Of a stretch of 63,783 nt of DNA, positions 24,780 to 37,650 are shown piece after piece; position 1 is the stretch's first letter; each line of letters starts with the position of its first letter. The stretch is from the NCBI RefSeq assembly GCF_030144855.1, contig NW_026781500.1, positions 124,001-187,783 of the forward strand. The letters run 5' to 3'. The notes below the pieces were generated by a model that saw only the letters and a list, made by a program, of their open reading frames with translations, did not search any database and had not been told where the DNA came from. The translations under genes and the position numbers were made by a program. The DNA is from Hypanus sabinus. Lineage: Eukaryota.

Positions 24780-26310
24780 GGCTGCTCATCCCACACCCGG
24801 ATCTGTGTGAAGAATATTCCCCTCATGTTCCAATTAACCTTTCACCTTTCACCCTTAACCCATGGCTTCTGGTTGTAGTCCCACCCCATCTCAGTGGAGA
24901 AAGCCAGCTTGCATTTACCCCATCTATAATCCTCATAATTGTGGTATACCTCCATCAAATCTCCCCTCAATCTTCTACATTCCAAGGAATAAAGTCCTGA
25001 CCTGTTTCAGTCTCTCCTTATAACCCAAGTCCTCCAGACCTGGCATTTCTCTGAAATCTCTGAACCCCTTTTACATCTTTCCTGTAGGTTGATGACCAAA
25101 ACTGCACTCAATACTCCAGATTAGGCATCACCAATGTCTTGTACAAAGTCAACATAACATACCATCCAGTACTTTGGTTTATGAAGGACTATGTGCCAAA
25201 ATCTTTCTTTCCGTCCCTATCGAACTGTGACACCACTTTTAGTGAAACATAGACCTGTATTCCCAGATCCCTTTCATCAACAACACTCCTACATGTCCGA
25301 CCAGTCACTGTGTAAGACCCACCCTGGTAGGTCCTACCAACATGCAACATCTCGCACTTCTCTGCATTGAATTCCATTTTCCATTTCTCAAGCCATATTT
25401 CCACCTGGTCCAGATCGCACTGCAAGCCATGATAGTCTTCTCACAGTCCGCTGAATCCCCAGACTCGGTTTCATCCTCCAATTTGCTGATCCCTAACCAT
25501 CTTATCATCCAGATTACTGATATAGATGACAAACAACAACAGATCCAGCACTGATCCCTGTGGCTCACCAATAGTCACAGGTTCCAGTCAGAGAGGCAAC
25601 CATCTGCTACCATACTGGCTTCTCCCACAGACAGTGTCTCATCCAATTTACTGTCTCATCTTGAATGCTGAATGACTGAACCTTCTTGACCAACCTCCCA
25701 TATGAGACTTTGTCAAGTGCCTTGCTAAAGTCCATGTAGGCAACATCCACTGCCTTGCCCTCAGCCACATTCCTGATAACTTCCTCGAGAGACTCTGTAA
25801 GACTGGTTAGACATGACCCACCATGCACAAAACCATGCTCTCTATCCTTAATCAGTCCACATCTATCCAAATACTTATATATCCGGTTCCTGCACATATG
25901 TTCTAATAACTTTCCCACTACTGATGTCACGCTCACTAACGTAACATTTTCTCATTTATCCTTAGACCCCCTCTCGAACAGTGGAACAACATTGTCTCTC
26001 CTCCAATCCTCCAGTGCCTCACCTGTCACTAAGGATTATTTCAATATCTCTGCTTGGACCCCGACAATTTCTGCACTTGTGTTCCGCAGGGTCCTTGGGA
26101 ACAACTAGTCAGGCTCTGGGGATTTATACATGCTAATTTGCCTTAAGCCAGCAAACACCTCCACCTCTGTAATCTGTCCAGGGTCTCTGAATTTGATGCT
26201 GCCTTGCCTCACCTCTATCGACTCTGTGTCCATCTCCTGAGTAAATACGGATGCAAAACTACTATTTAAAACCACCCCCATCTATTTTGTCTCCCGTACA
26301 GATTACCATT
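24780..26310 (-). mobile_element. CR1 LINE ORF2 RT fragment
   Basis: SVTSVVGKLLE...HGFV...SCLT...DVAYMDFSKALDKV; FNAEKCEMLHVG. Confidence 0.9.
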
Positions 26311-27459
26311 CTGATCGTCCAGAGTGGGCATGTTTCTGTTCTGACCTTCTCCATGTTTCTGTGACAGAGAAGCTGGCCAAACCTGATTGGAAGGGGAATC
26401 TGGTAGGAATGACGATGGAGCAGCAATGGCTGGAGTTTCTGGGAGCAACTCGGGAGGTGAGTGATAGACACATCCCAAAGAAGTGGAAACATTGGAAAGG
26501 CAGGAGGACACAACTGTGGCTGAAATGAGAAGCCTAAGCCAACATAAAAGCCAAAGAGAGGGCAAATAATAGAGCAAAGAACATTGGGAAGCTTATAGAA
26601 ACCAACAGAAGTCAACTAAAGAAAGTCAGATGAGCTCAGGGTGTGGGAGTATGATATTGTAGTCATTAATGTGTCTTGGTAGCACCCAACAGCCTGAGGA
26701 ATTTAGAGGAACAAAATATCCGGGGCCTCGATATCAGTTGAAAACAAAGGTTCCCTGCACCAGTTACCTTTCAACATTTATTTTGGTAGGTGCATACAAA
26801 CTCTGCACCCTCAAAATTTCACTTCTGAAGAACCCCCACTTACCAAGTACTCCTTTGCAGAAAACAGCCTGTCCCAGTCCACACTTGTCAAATCCTTGCA
26901 AATACCATAAACATTGATCTTTCTCCAATCTAGAATCTCAAGAGAGGTCCAGACCTCTGTTTTTCAATACTTACTTGGAATCTCATGGCATTATGATCAC
27001 TAGACACAAAGTGTTCCCATTCACTAATTTTTATCACCAGCCCTGGATCGTTTCCCAACAGCTTATTGCACAATTCTACGCCGGATGTTTTATGTACTGA
27101 TTAAGGAGCATTTGACAAACTCTACCCCAGCTAGTCCTTTTAGAGTATGGGAGTCCCAGTCAATATATGGAAAGTTAAAATCACTTACTATATCAACTTT
27201 TTTTTTCTTGGTATAGTCTGTGAACTCTCTACAAATTTGTTCCTCCAGATTCCTCAGACTGTTGGGTGCAACCAATTCCCAGTAATGCCTACGATATCAC
27301 AATTCCATGCCCTGGGCTCTTCTGGCTTTCCTACAATGCTTCTTGCATCGTGATTTCCACAGCTCAACACATCCATCGCACCAGGCTCAAGCATTTGATT
27401 GCTGACTCTGTCTGAGGTCTGAACAACATCTGTCTGGTGTCAAGAATACAACCTCTCCC

Positions 27460-28358
27460 TCAGTCAGAAAAACCTCTGACGCTGAATTTTGTGGTGAGGA
27501 TGCAGGAAAGGTTTTCTTCTGATGACTCTTCCATGAAGGTCATGTTTGTGCAGGTGTCGCTGTACAGTAGAACAGTGCACCACCAGTTCAGAGTCTGCTA
27601 AATCTTCCTGAATGTTTTTTACAGTCAAACGGGGGTTTTGATTTGCCTTTCTAGCAATCCTATGAGTAGCTCTTTCGGAAACTTTTCTTGGCCTTCCAGA
27701 CATCAACTTGACCTCCACCGTTCCTGTTAACTGCCAGTTCTTAATTACATTATGTACTGAGGAAACAGCTACCTGAAAACGCTTTGCTATCTTCTTATAG
27801 CCTACTCCTGCTTTGTGGGCATCATTTTTTTTAACTTTCAGAGTGCTCAGCGGCTGCTTAGAGGAGCCCATGGCTGCTGATTGTTGGGACAAGGTTTGAG
27901 GAGTCAGGATATTTATAAAGCTTTGCAATTTGTACAGCCTGGCCTGTCCTAATGATGATTGCAAACAAGCCATAGCCCTAACAAGCTAATTCAGGTCTGA
28001 GACCTTGGTAAAATTTAACTGAGAGCTCAAATCTCTTGGGGTGCCCGAACTTTTCCTTGGTGCTCCTTTCCCTTTTTTCTCCCACTCTAAAATTGTACAA
28101 AACAGAAATAATACACTAAACTCCTGATGAAGGGTTTCGGCCTGAAACTTCGTTACTACCTCCTCCCATAGATGCTGTCTGGCCAGCTGAGTTCTGCCAG
28201 CATTTTGTGTTTTTAATAATACACTAATCTTGCTTAAAATGTTGAATATTTTGTCTTTAATTTTGAGACTTTTGGAGACCAGTTCACCTTCTACTCACTG
28301 AACTATTCACAGTAACAGGAAGTTTGACCAGTGGTGCCCAGCCGTTTGCATACCACTG
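27460..28358 (-). mobile_element. Truncated Tc1-like transposon (IR/DR end plus transposase N-terminus)
   Basis: TA-CAGTGGTATGCAAA terminus at 28358, inner DR at ~28040; paired-like HTH GYKKIAK...GRPRK...STVQRHLH. Confidence 0.9.
28120..28214 (+). mobile_element. Short Penelope-derived insert with hammerhead core
   Basis: 13-bp TSD AATAATACACTAA (28107-28119, 28215-28227); CTGATGA 28124-28130, hairpin, GAAAC-TTC. Confidence 0.85.
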
Positions 28359-28359
28359 T

Positions 28360-29180
28360 ATGGGATGGGGTGGAAAGCGCGGGGTGTGACGGGAGAGAGG
28401 AGGAGGAGGAGGAGTGGGACTGACAGGGAGCGAAGAGGGAGAACGCGTGGGGTGAGTGGTAGATTTAGAGGGTGAGAAAGAGGGGAAGACAGTGTGGGAT
28501 ACGGGAGGCAGCGGGGAGAGTGTTTGAGAGAGGGGGGAGGGTGGGATGTAGGGAGAGAGAGAGAGAGGTTGAGAGCTGGAAATGGAGGTGGTTACAGAGT
28601 GGCGGAGGTGAGTGAGTGAGAGACAAGTTTGATTGAGGTGCGTGAGAGAGGAGGAGATGGAGAGGGGAAGACAGAGGGCGACTGATATTGAGAGTGGGAT
28701 GGCGGGTGATAGGGGTAGGGACAGGGATTGTGGAATGGGAGAGAGAATGGAAGAGAAACAGATGGAGAGATGGATAGAAGGGGAGAGAGTGAGAGAGAAA
28801 TGAAAAGAGGCATGACAGAGTGAGGAGATGAAGAGAAACAAGAGAGAGGAGTACAATTTATTACTAGAGGGGTAGAGAGAGTGACAAAAAAGGAGAGCGC
28901 AAGGAAAGGGGTGAAAGAGAGTGGGAGGCTGGTCAAGTAGCAGTGTAACTGAGAGGGATAGGGAAGAGAGAAGCGGGAGGGAGAGAGGCGGTGAGGAAGC
29001 ACGGATGATTGAGAGGGGTGATGATAAGGAAGGGGTGAGGGAGAGTTGAGAGTGAGGGAGAGAGGGAGCAGGAAGGGAGGGCTGGAGTAGAGGGCCCTAT
29101 GAGGAAGACGGACTGTGAGGAGGGTGTGGAGAGGGAAATGGGGTAAGTAGCTCGGGGTGAGGGAGAAAGGCAAGGAGATT
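28360..29180. repeat. GA-rich low-complexity polypurine tract (~0.8 kb)
   Basis: Strongly G/A-biased on + strand, non-periodic. Confidence 0.9.
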
Positions 29181-29289
29181 GGTGTGTATGATCTGAATTG
29201 TTAGATTAACTATTTATCCAGTCCCCAGTTGCAGGGTCATTAATCACGTATGTTCACAAGTCACCGAACAAATCCACCGTGGGATTACG

Positions 29290-31005
29290 GTTCCATGCTG
29301 GGAATTATGAGTGTGAGGGCAGCTTGCTGTTCTCGGTGTCGGATGTGGGAGGTCCTGGAGTTTCCTAGCATCCCGGACGTTCACATCTGCGCCGGGTGAG
29401 CCGAGCTGCAGTTCCTAAGGGACTGTGCCAGGGAACTGGAGCTGCAGCTCGATGACCTTCGTCTGGTCAGGGAGAGCGAGGAGTTGATAGAGAGGAGTTA
29501 CAGGCAGGTGGTCACACCGGGGCCATGGGAGGTAGACAAGTGGGTCACGGTTAGGAGGGGAAGGGGAAGAGTCAGGTACTAGAGAGTACCCCAGTGGCTG
29601 TACCCCCTGACAATTAAGTACTCCTGTTTGAGTACTGTTGGGGGGGGGGGGGGGCTCAGCCTATCTGGGGGAAGCAACAGCGGCCGTGCCTCTGGCACAG
29701 AGTCCGGCCCTGTAATTCAGAAGGGTAGAGAAAGAGAAGGCAGTAGCAATAGGGGACTCAACAGTTAGGGAGTCAGACAAGCGATTCCGTGGACGCAGTC
29801 AGGAGACCCGGATGGTAGTTTGCCTCCCTGGTGCCGGGTCCGGGATACTTCTGATCGCGTCCAAGATATCCTGAAGTGGGAGGGTGAGGAGCCAGAGGTC
29901 GTGGTAGATATAAGTACCAATGACATAGGTAGGAAAAGGGAAGAGGTCCTGAAAGGAGAATATAGGGAGTTAGGAAGGGATTTGAGAAGAAGGTCTGCAA
30001 AGGTAGTAATCTCGGGATTACTGCCTATGCCACGTGGCAGTGACAGTAGTCATGGAATGAGGTGGAGGATAAATGTGTGGCTGAGGGATTGAAGCAGGGG
30101 GCAGGGATTCAAGTTTTTGGATCATTGGGACCTCTTTTGGGACAGGTGTGACCTGTACAAAAAGAACGGGTTGCACTTGAAAGCTAGGGGGACCAATATC
30201 CTGGCAGGGAGATCTGTGGAGGCTACTGGGGAGACTTTAAACTAGAATGGTTGGGGGGGTGGGAATCAGATTGAAGAGACTAGGGGAGAAGAGGTTAGTT
30301 CACAAATAGAGAAAGCTTGTAGACAGTGTGAGGAAATCTAGGAATAATGGTGCATATTTCCCTGAAGGAGGAAGCTCATGTGGTGATGAAGAAAGCTTTT
30401 GGTATGCTGACCTTTGAGCATTGAGTACAGGAGTTGGGATGTAATGTTAAAATTGTACAAGGCATTGGTGAGGCCAGATTTGGAGCATTATATACAGTTC
30501 TGGTCACCAAATTATACGTAAGATGTCAACAGAGAACAGAGATTTACTAGACTGTTACCTGGGTTTCAGCACCTAATTTACAGAGAAAGGTTGAACAAGT
30601 TAGGTCTTTATTCTTTGGAGCATAGAAGGTTGAGGGGGGACTTGATAGAAGTATTTAAAATTATGCGGGGATTGATAGAGTTGATGTGGATAGGCTTTTT
30701 CCATTGAGTGTAGGGGAGATTCAAACAAGAGGACATGAGTTGAGAGTTAAGGGGCAAAAGGTTAGGGGTAACATGAGGGGTAACTTCTTTACTCAGAGAG
30801 TGGTAACTGTGTGGAACGAGCCTCCAGTGGAAGTGGTAGAGGCAGGTTCGATTTTTTCATTTAAAAAAAAATTGTATAGGTATATGGACAGGAAAGGAAT
30901 GGAGGATTATGGGCTGAGTGCAGGTCAGTGGGACTAGGTGAGAGTAAGCGTTCGGCACGCACTAGGAATGCCGAGATGGCCTGTTTCCGTGCTGTAATTG
31001 TTATG
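29290..31005 (+). mobile_element. Internally deleted CR1 LINE: ORF1 (Zn motif, SGNH esterase) fused to ORF2 3' end and tail
   Basis: CSRCRMWE...LELQLDDLR; IGDS...CLPG; EPEVVV...TNDIG; jumps at ~30333 to the RT C-terminus (RGNFFTQRVV.VWN). Confidence 0.85.
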
Positions 31006-31821
31006 TGGTTCTACCGCGTACGATTCTGGTCTCCATATCCGATAGCGGGGAGTTTTAACTCATATGGGGACCAACTGCAGCTCAACCCCAGCTGATGCGG
31101 GTGTTTCCCCTGTTCAGGTGGCGGTGAGGAAGGGGTTAATCTCGGGTTTGTGTAAATCGAGGGCTGGTTGCTGTGGGAAAGGGCCGGGACCGAGCCGGAC
31201 AGCGGGAGGCTCCGGGCTCTCCAGTCTTGCATCCCTGGTATTAGTTTTGCACTGAGTCGAGATCGCGGGATCAGTTTGCTCTGGTTCCCCAAGCTGGGAG
31301 GGTGGACGTGGGTGAAGGGGGCCTCTCTGTGTGTCGGTGTGGGATGAATGGTCAGAAGGGTGTGGGGCCACTGGCGGGACAGAGAGTGGTTGGGGTACTG
31401 TGGGTGATATGACGTGGGTGGATGGGCAACGGGTAAATTACGTTGTCAACGAGGGTGGAACTGGTCCAGTGAATCAGACAGCTCAGCTCGCGTGTCCTTT
31501 CAGGAGGCCACAATTCTCTCATCATCTTAATCACTGACTAATCTTCCTGTTAACATTGAGTTTGTTACAGAGCCCCAGAGTCTGGGAATGGCTGGGTGGT
31601 AGGAGGCAGAGGGTGATGGTGAGAGGCTGTTTCTTGGACTCGAGTTCCATGCTTAGTGACGTTCCCTGGGGTTACACCCATTGCTACTTGTCATCTATGT
31701 CAATAATTTGGTTGAGAAAGTACAGGGTATGGGTAGAGAGTCTGCAGCAAGTTCAAACAAATACTGTTTTTGAAAGACAGTCAGTAAAAACACTCCCCTC
31801 TCTTTCCCTCTCCCCACTCAG

Positions 31822-32025
31822 ATCTGACCAAAAGCTACATCAGAGGATGCAAGACCTTGAACTGAGTGACCACTGTGAGGGAATGGGAGTGGTTTCAAAG
31901 GGCCGGGCTGCTGGAAGCACATTACCAGACCTGGAGTGATTGCAACTGGGTCTGACAGAGGCATAACTGGTTCTTCTGGGCACATTCAGTCTCACTCCAA
32001 CTATTTCCTCCCTTCCTTTGTACAG
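31822..32025 (+). other. Candidate antisense exon in the ZNF-B intron (paralog 59749-59948 in D)
   Basis: Polypyrimidine-CTCAG| acceptor and TACAG|GTATGT donor conserved in both copies. Confidence 0.4.
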
Positions 32026-32070
32026 GTATGTAATGTCTAAAGGACCAGTGTTTGAGTAAATGAGACTCAC

Positions 32071-32238
32071 CAAACTTTCTCCTGACTGAATCACTGGAAT
32101 CTCCGAGTCAGATGGGTCCTCTCCAGTCGGTGCTCTCAGTCCTCGGGCTGGTTCACTTGTTGCTGTTCCCTCGTCTTCAGTCGTGGTTTGCGTCCAGTTG
32201 GGGTTTTCCTTCCATGAAACCTCTCACCACTGGTCGAA
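32071..32238 (-). other. Non-coding exon 2 of ZNF-B
   Basis: Homologous to 8082-8245 with the same splice sites. Confidence 0.7.
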
Positions 32239-33024
32239 CTTTAAACAGAGAGACAATGAAGCACATTAATAATGAAAAGGAGAACTAAACATTTCTGTGT
32301 AATGTTACTAAGAACAAAACTCACTGAAATTTAAACACTGAAGGCAGATGTAATGATCTCAGTAAACAATCTTTTATTGTCCCTCACATGTCACAGACGA
32401 TATGGGATAAGAAGGAGCCATCATTCAGTCACGGTAAGACATACGACACAGGAACAGAATCAGGTGATTCAATCCATCTGGTCTGTCCACCATTCAACCA
32501 GGGCTGATTTTTATTCCAACAACATATTCCTGCCTTCCTCCTGTAACCCTGAAGCTACTCAGCAATCATCAGTATATTAATCTTCACAAATATACCCAAA
32601 TGGCAGCCTCAACCAACCTCTGTGGCAACAAATTCCACAGATCAGACATCTTTTGGCCATAAAATGTTTCTCATCTGAGTTTTAAGGGGAAGCATCTTTA
32701 TTCTGAGACTGTGTTTTCAGATCACAGACTCTGTGTCTAATGGAAACATCCTCTCCATGTCCACTGTATCCAGGCTTTTCAGCATTCGGTAGGTTTATTA
32801 ACCATACATCCCTCCACCACCCCCACCGTCCCTCTCAACACCATTGAGCACAGGTCCAGAACCATCAAATGCTCCTCATTCATAACACCGATCGTTCCTG
32901 AGATTATTCATGTAAACCTTGTTAGGAACACTGTACTGAACACATTTCCAGGAAAAACAGAAAAATCGGTTCCAGGATAATTGACAGGGAAAAGATGTGC
33001 TTTCATTACTGTTCTACTATCACA

Positions 33025-33215
33025 TGTGCTGGCGCGTGGCCAAGTGGTTAAGGCATTGGTCTAGTGATCTGAAGGTTGCTAGTTTGAGCCTTGGCAGAGG
33101 CTGCCTGTGTGTCCTTGAGCGACGACACCGGTGCCAAGCTGTGTGTGTCCTAATGCCCTTCCCTTGGACAACATCGTTGGCGTGGAGAGGGGAGACCTGC
33201 AGAGACTCTAACGGA
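33025..33215 (+). mobile_element. tRNA-derived SINE
   Basis: GGCGCGTGGCCAAGTGGTTAAGGC A-box head, B-box-like AGTTTGAGCC; absent from the homologous A intron. Confidence 0.7.
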
Positions 33216-34339
33216 GGCCTACAAATTATCACAGCCATTTTCATTTCCAGGTTAAAACAGGTCCATTTCATGAAATATAAACCAAGAAATAAAAAGAAAC
33301 TGGAATTACCAGAAAGACTCTGCAGGTAAGGAACAGCTTACAATACAATTCAATTAATAATATTTCATCAGATTCAGTTCAAACATTTTCAGTTTTTAGT
33401 GCAGATCCCCAGCACAGCTGCCTGATTTCCACTGTGTGATTTCCAAACACAGTTTGAACACCAGACTCAGGGACTAGTTCTACTGTTGTAAACACGGAAC
33501 AGCCCGTTTACTCACAGCCTCTCCCTGTGAGGATGGAATGGGAACTCATCCTCTCTTCAGACTGGCAGTCATTGCTTCCAAAGGAACTCCAGAAACAAAC
33601 ATCTGATCCCAGACCAGAAATACTCGATCAACAGCTCACAAGCCCAAACAGCTCGATCCCTGGGTCCACTTTAGCTGGATTAAAAACTATGATATCCCAG
33701 GACCCAACCACTCAGAGTCACACAGCTTAATCTGCCACTCACCGACCCTGAGAGTCTCACACATCGTCCCCACATCTCACACTGGGTAGTGCAATCTAGG
33801 ATTTCCCCACAACCAATGTCCAGCTGCTTGAAATTTCTGCTTCATTGCAGGACGAGCATCCGGCCCCTTCTGTAGAAGCTCAAACCAAAGTCAAAGCTAA
33901 AACACCAGCAGTTCCATTTGCCTGGAAAGCCGATCACAGGATTAGAGCCCAAGCACCAACTCTCCCAGTACTCTTTGCTGCCAGCAAAATGCTGCAGTGT
34001 GTCAGCCCGTCACTGTTCATAAACGAGCACCTCCACACCAATGCACAACAGAAATGGGACCTGATGACCCTCCGGCATTCCAGCTAACAAAAGCCGATTC
34101 TGGAAATGACTCAGCGAGGCCAAAGGTACAAAAGAACACTTCACAATGAAGACAGAGATTGGAAGAAAGATTGCTGATATATAACATTGAGGAGGTGGGA
34201 TACAGGGTGGACCGAAGATGACCCAGATGGGAGATGTAAATCACTGAAGCAGGAAGATGGGTTTAGGAGACTGCACAGAGATTGATCAAGATGAGCAGAG
34301 ATAAGCAGATGGAACCAGGTGGGAGAAGGGATCATACAT

Positions 34340-36060
34340 TCAGAGGTGCAGTGCTACCAGAGCTCACCGGACAACTGCTCCGATACCTCTGTAAAAAAGT
34401 CAAAATAAACAAGCGGGTAATTTAACAGCAGCTACATATTAAATAGAGGGAATTCTACGGAAGCAGGGGGTTGGGAAGTGGGGGTGTTGGCTGGTGGGGA
34501 AAAGTACCACTAATAACATTAGGATATTTGATCGTTTTTGGTTTAATCCTGGAGCTGTGACTGTTTTTTATTTAGGTATTTGTGAAATTCCTTCTCGCTC
34601 GACCCATTGTCCAAGGAAGCTGGGAAATACCTGTACAGAAGTGCAAGCATTTCCCTGCTCTTTCCAATGGGTACCATTAGATTCCAGGAAGCAGCTATAT
34701 TAAGCAAGGAATGAACATAGAAACCCAAGTTTAGAAGTTGAAAACAATGAAAGAGAAATTCACTGCTCGCTCATCTTCTTCCTGATTTTGATCAAATACA
34801 CAAGCTAATCATCCAAAATCCTCTTCTACACCTGGATAAATTTAGTTTTGTTTTACAAGCTAAATGGAAAAAAAAAACATTTCTGGGCTATAAGGTAGTT
34901 TTACGTCATTTCAACTATCATTAATAGCGGATCAACCCCTTGGCCTCGCTCCACCAACTGTAGCTAATGGGAAAGAGGCTCTTTTTCTCTTTGTGTTGAT
35001 AGGAAAAAGAGTAATTTAGTGAGGCAATGAATGAGATGAAATGCATTTCCAAAACTCCCAAATGGTTGCTGTCCTCCCGTTAACATTTGTCACTTCCAAA
35101 CAACGATATTTTCTATTTGTATAAATGCGATAATAATTTATGTAAAGATTCAAACTTCTTTAACTTTTTATATATTTAAAGACTAAACAGGATCTGTAAA
35201 GGTCGAACTATGTAACACCCGACGTGTGAGGAGATTGTATCGACACTCACAGATACACTTCCCGTCCAACCATTTCTGCGAGAGAAATGGTACGAGGCAG
35301 ATTTACCAACCCACCACTTTTGAGAATAACATTCAGCAATATTCGTGGCTTTTGCAATAGTTCATCAGAGTTTATTTTTTCATACTTGATTACTTGGTTC
35401 CAATTTAGGTGGCTAAAATTGTAAAAAATGAATTGCTTTATTTCTGTTATTTTTATACCTCTGAGGAACACTGCTAAACGCTGCAGGCCCTGCCGTTTGC
35501 TCTGACTCAGGCGTATTAGTAAGGCTACATCTATGGTGGATTACTCGCTAATCCTAAAGTAAACTTTTCTCAGTAACAACCCTTTGGCTTCTAAGCAAAC
35601 AAAGTTATTTTACTTGCTTGATAATTATATTTTATGATAATTGGTTAAGTGCAACAATGCAATATTTTGTCATATTATTAAATTAAGTATTATATGTTTA
35701 ATTTTACCAGTTATACACTGAAATGTAATGATAGGCTGTCATCTTGTTAATGTCACTATATTTCTGTGGAGCTCTGGAATTCATATATTTCTTTCACCTT
35801 GGTTTACTGCTTGCCATTATAGGAAGCCCTATATATGTCACATCCAATTTGTGCACCTGCTCATTGCACGTATGGGGCAAGGCAGTTGCTCAGTAAATGA
35901 AATGAGCATGTACACAAATTGGATATCACAAACTGGAAGTGATTGATAAGTTTATGGCCTAAGGTGGAAGGAGTCAATTTTACAAAACCTAGCAATTTTC
36001 AATTATCTGAAACAGAAATACCACAAAAGTTATTAACTTCAAACTTACTGCATATTCACT
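34340..36060. mobile_element. Probable old DNA transposon (hAT-like), shared with 63277-63783
   Basis: Starts CAGAGGTGCAGTGCT..; AT-rich; homologous block at the window end; right terminus not identified. Confidence 0.35.
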
Positions 36061-36285
36061 CAAAGAGTTGAACTACACGTGCAGGCACCGAGCGCTGTAT
36101 AACTTCAGGCCTTCCAACTTAGGCCACGAACTTATCAATCAAACCACCCCCCCCCCCCCCCCCCCCCACAGCTCCGGCAGCTACACAACACCGGGATCAT
36201 TCCCGACTCATCCCTGCTCGAATCGGAGAACCGCCAGCAACAGCGGCACTCGGCACCGCGCATGCGTTCAGCAGGCGTTTCTCCG

Positions 36286-36388
36286 CAGCACCACCGATGG
36301 CCGGAGGTCTGCACATCGTCTCCGAAGGCCGGAGATCTGCACAGCGCCACCAGTGGCTGGAGATCTATACAGCGCCACCAGTGGCCGG
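36286..36388. repeat. 28-bp GC-rich minisatellite, ~3.7 copies
   Basis: CAGCGCCACCAGTGGCYGGAGATCTRYA-like units; single unit in paralog X (~353-375). Confidence 0.8.
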
Positions 36389-36908
36389 TGGCCGGAAGGA
36401 CAACGGAGAGGTAAATCACAAACACGACAAAGTCTGTAGATTCTGGAAATCCAAAGCAACACAAACAAAACGCTGGCCGAACACAGCAGGCCGGGTAGCA
36501 GCGGGAATGGAAATCAGAATGAAAATGTTTGGACACCGGGAACTCCCGCACGGAGCGGATAGTTCAAAGGTTAGTTTATTATTAGAGCAGCTATCCATAA
36601 ATAACACTGAGTTTCTGTTTCTCCATAGAACCACGAAACAAAGAAAGAGCATGAAAGTCGCTCAGGAAGAAAAATCAAACTCCCACCCCACCCCCCGGTT
36701 CAAGAAGAACGGGATCCCAATCATCAAACCCCAAAACCCACCCCTCCGCACAAAAGGGAACAATAACATCGAGTCCCACATAAAAAAAAACACTCCTACC
36801 CCGCACAACTGCGGTGGAGCCGGTGTCACCAGTGTAGAGGCGGCCGCATCGGGAGCAGCGGACACAACGGGCGACCCCGGAAGATTCACAGGTGAAGTGT
36901 CGCCTCAC

Positions 36909-37650
36909 CTGGAAGGATGTTTGGACAGCGGAGAGAGTTCGGCCATCCGGCCCTTTCATTGTGACACCCCAAACTCCACGTCAAATCCGTCCAAACGAAT
37001 CTGGGTGAATTTTAATGACCAATATATATCGATCAGCTGTCTGAATGATCCCCTGACTCTGAGAGGAAGGGGTATCTATGGTCCACACTGTCAGGGTGTT
37101 GAGTTTACCAGGAGACAAAGACTGCAGGGACGAAAGGTTTTCTGTTGGCTAATACACTGTGTGTGGACCCCGCTGGCAATTCTGGTGTTGTGACCCGAAT
37201 CGGGACAAACACCACGCTGCCCACTCCACCAACAACACGGCACAGCCGGACACATAACAGGGGACTTTACATCCAACAACTCTGGATTCAGTGATGAAAC
37301 CCGTGATTAATGTTGTTGTCCCACTGAAAAGTCCATTAAGGTGCTTTTAAATGCCTGCGCTCTCCCACAGGTGACGTCACATAGCTCCTACCCCCCCACG
37401 CGCCTGACGTCACACATGGGCTCCCCACACCGGGATCTGCCCTCACGTGCGCGGTGTCTTACGTCACCCACGCGCTGCTGTGCACAAGCTTCATCGGTTT
37501 AACGGCTGGGCTAATAATCACGTGACCAGCCCCTCTCCCACCGCTGTCAACAGAGGATTCAGGAGCTACGTTATTCCCATTGGTGCGAAGCGATGTCAAT
37601 CACTGGTTACAACCAGTCACGGAGGCGGAAAAGCCGAGTGGGCGTTACCC
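36909..37650 (-). promoter_or_regulatory. CpG promoter and putative non-coding exon 1 of ZNF-B
   Basis: CRE TGACGTCA at ~37372 and ~37405, TTACGTCA ~37459, E-box TCACGTGA ~37518, CCAAT-like boxes; donor CCAG|GTGAGG at 36909. Confidence 0.6.

Noticed and set aside
28284-29173. Ser/Pro/Leu-rich ORFs of 190 and 193 aa
   Set aside because: Artefacts of the polypyrimidine strand of a low-complexity tract
31926-31955. Hairpin CAGACCTGG...CTGGGTCTG as a miRNA or snoRNA
   Set aside because: Stem too short; conservation in D is explained by the duplication
33025-33100. tRNA gene
   Set aside because: Degenerate B box, no proper acceptor stem, followed by a SINE body
36342-36388. Tandem CTCF sites (GCGCCACCAGTGG)
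   Set aside because: One base short of the GCGCC-N5-GTGG core spacing
36297-37193. 298-aa plus-strand ORF and its 199-aa counterpart at 254-853
   Set aside because: Runs through a minisatellite and a Penelope fragment, antisense to a GC-rich exon 1; the shared C-terminus reflects recent duplication and the frames differ elsewhere
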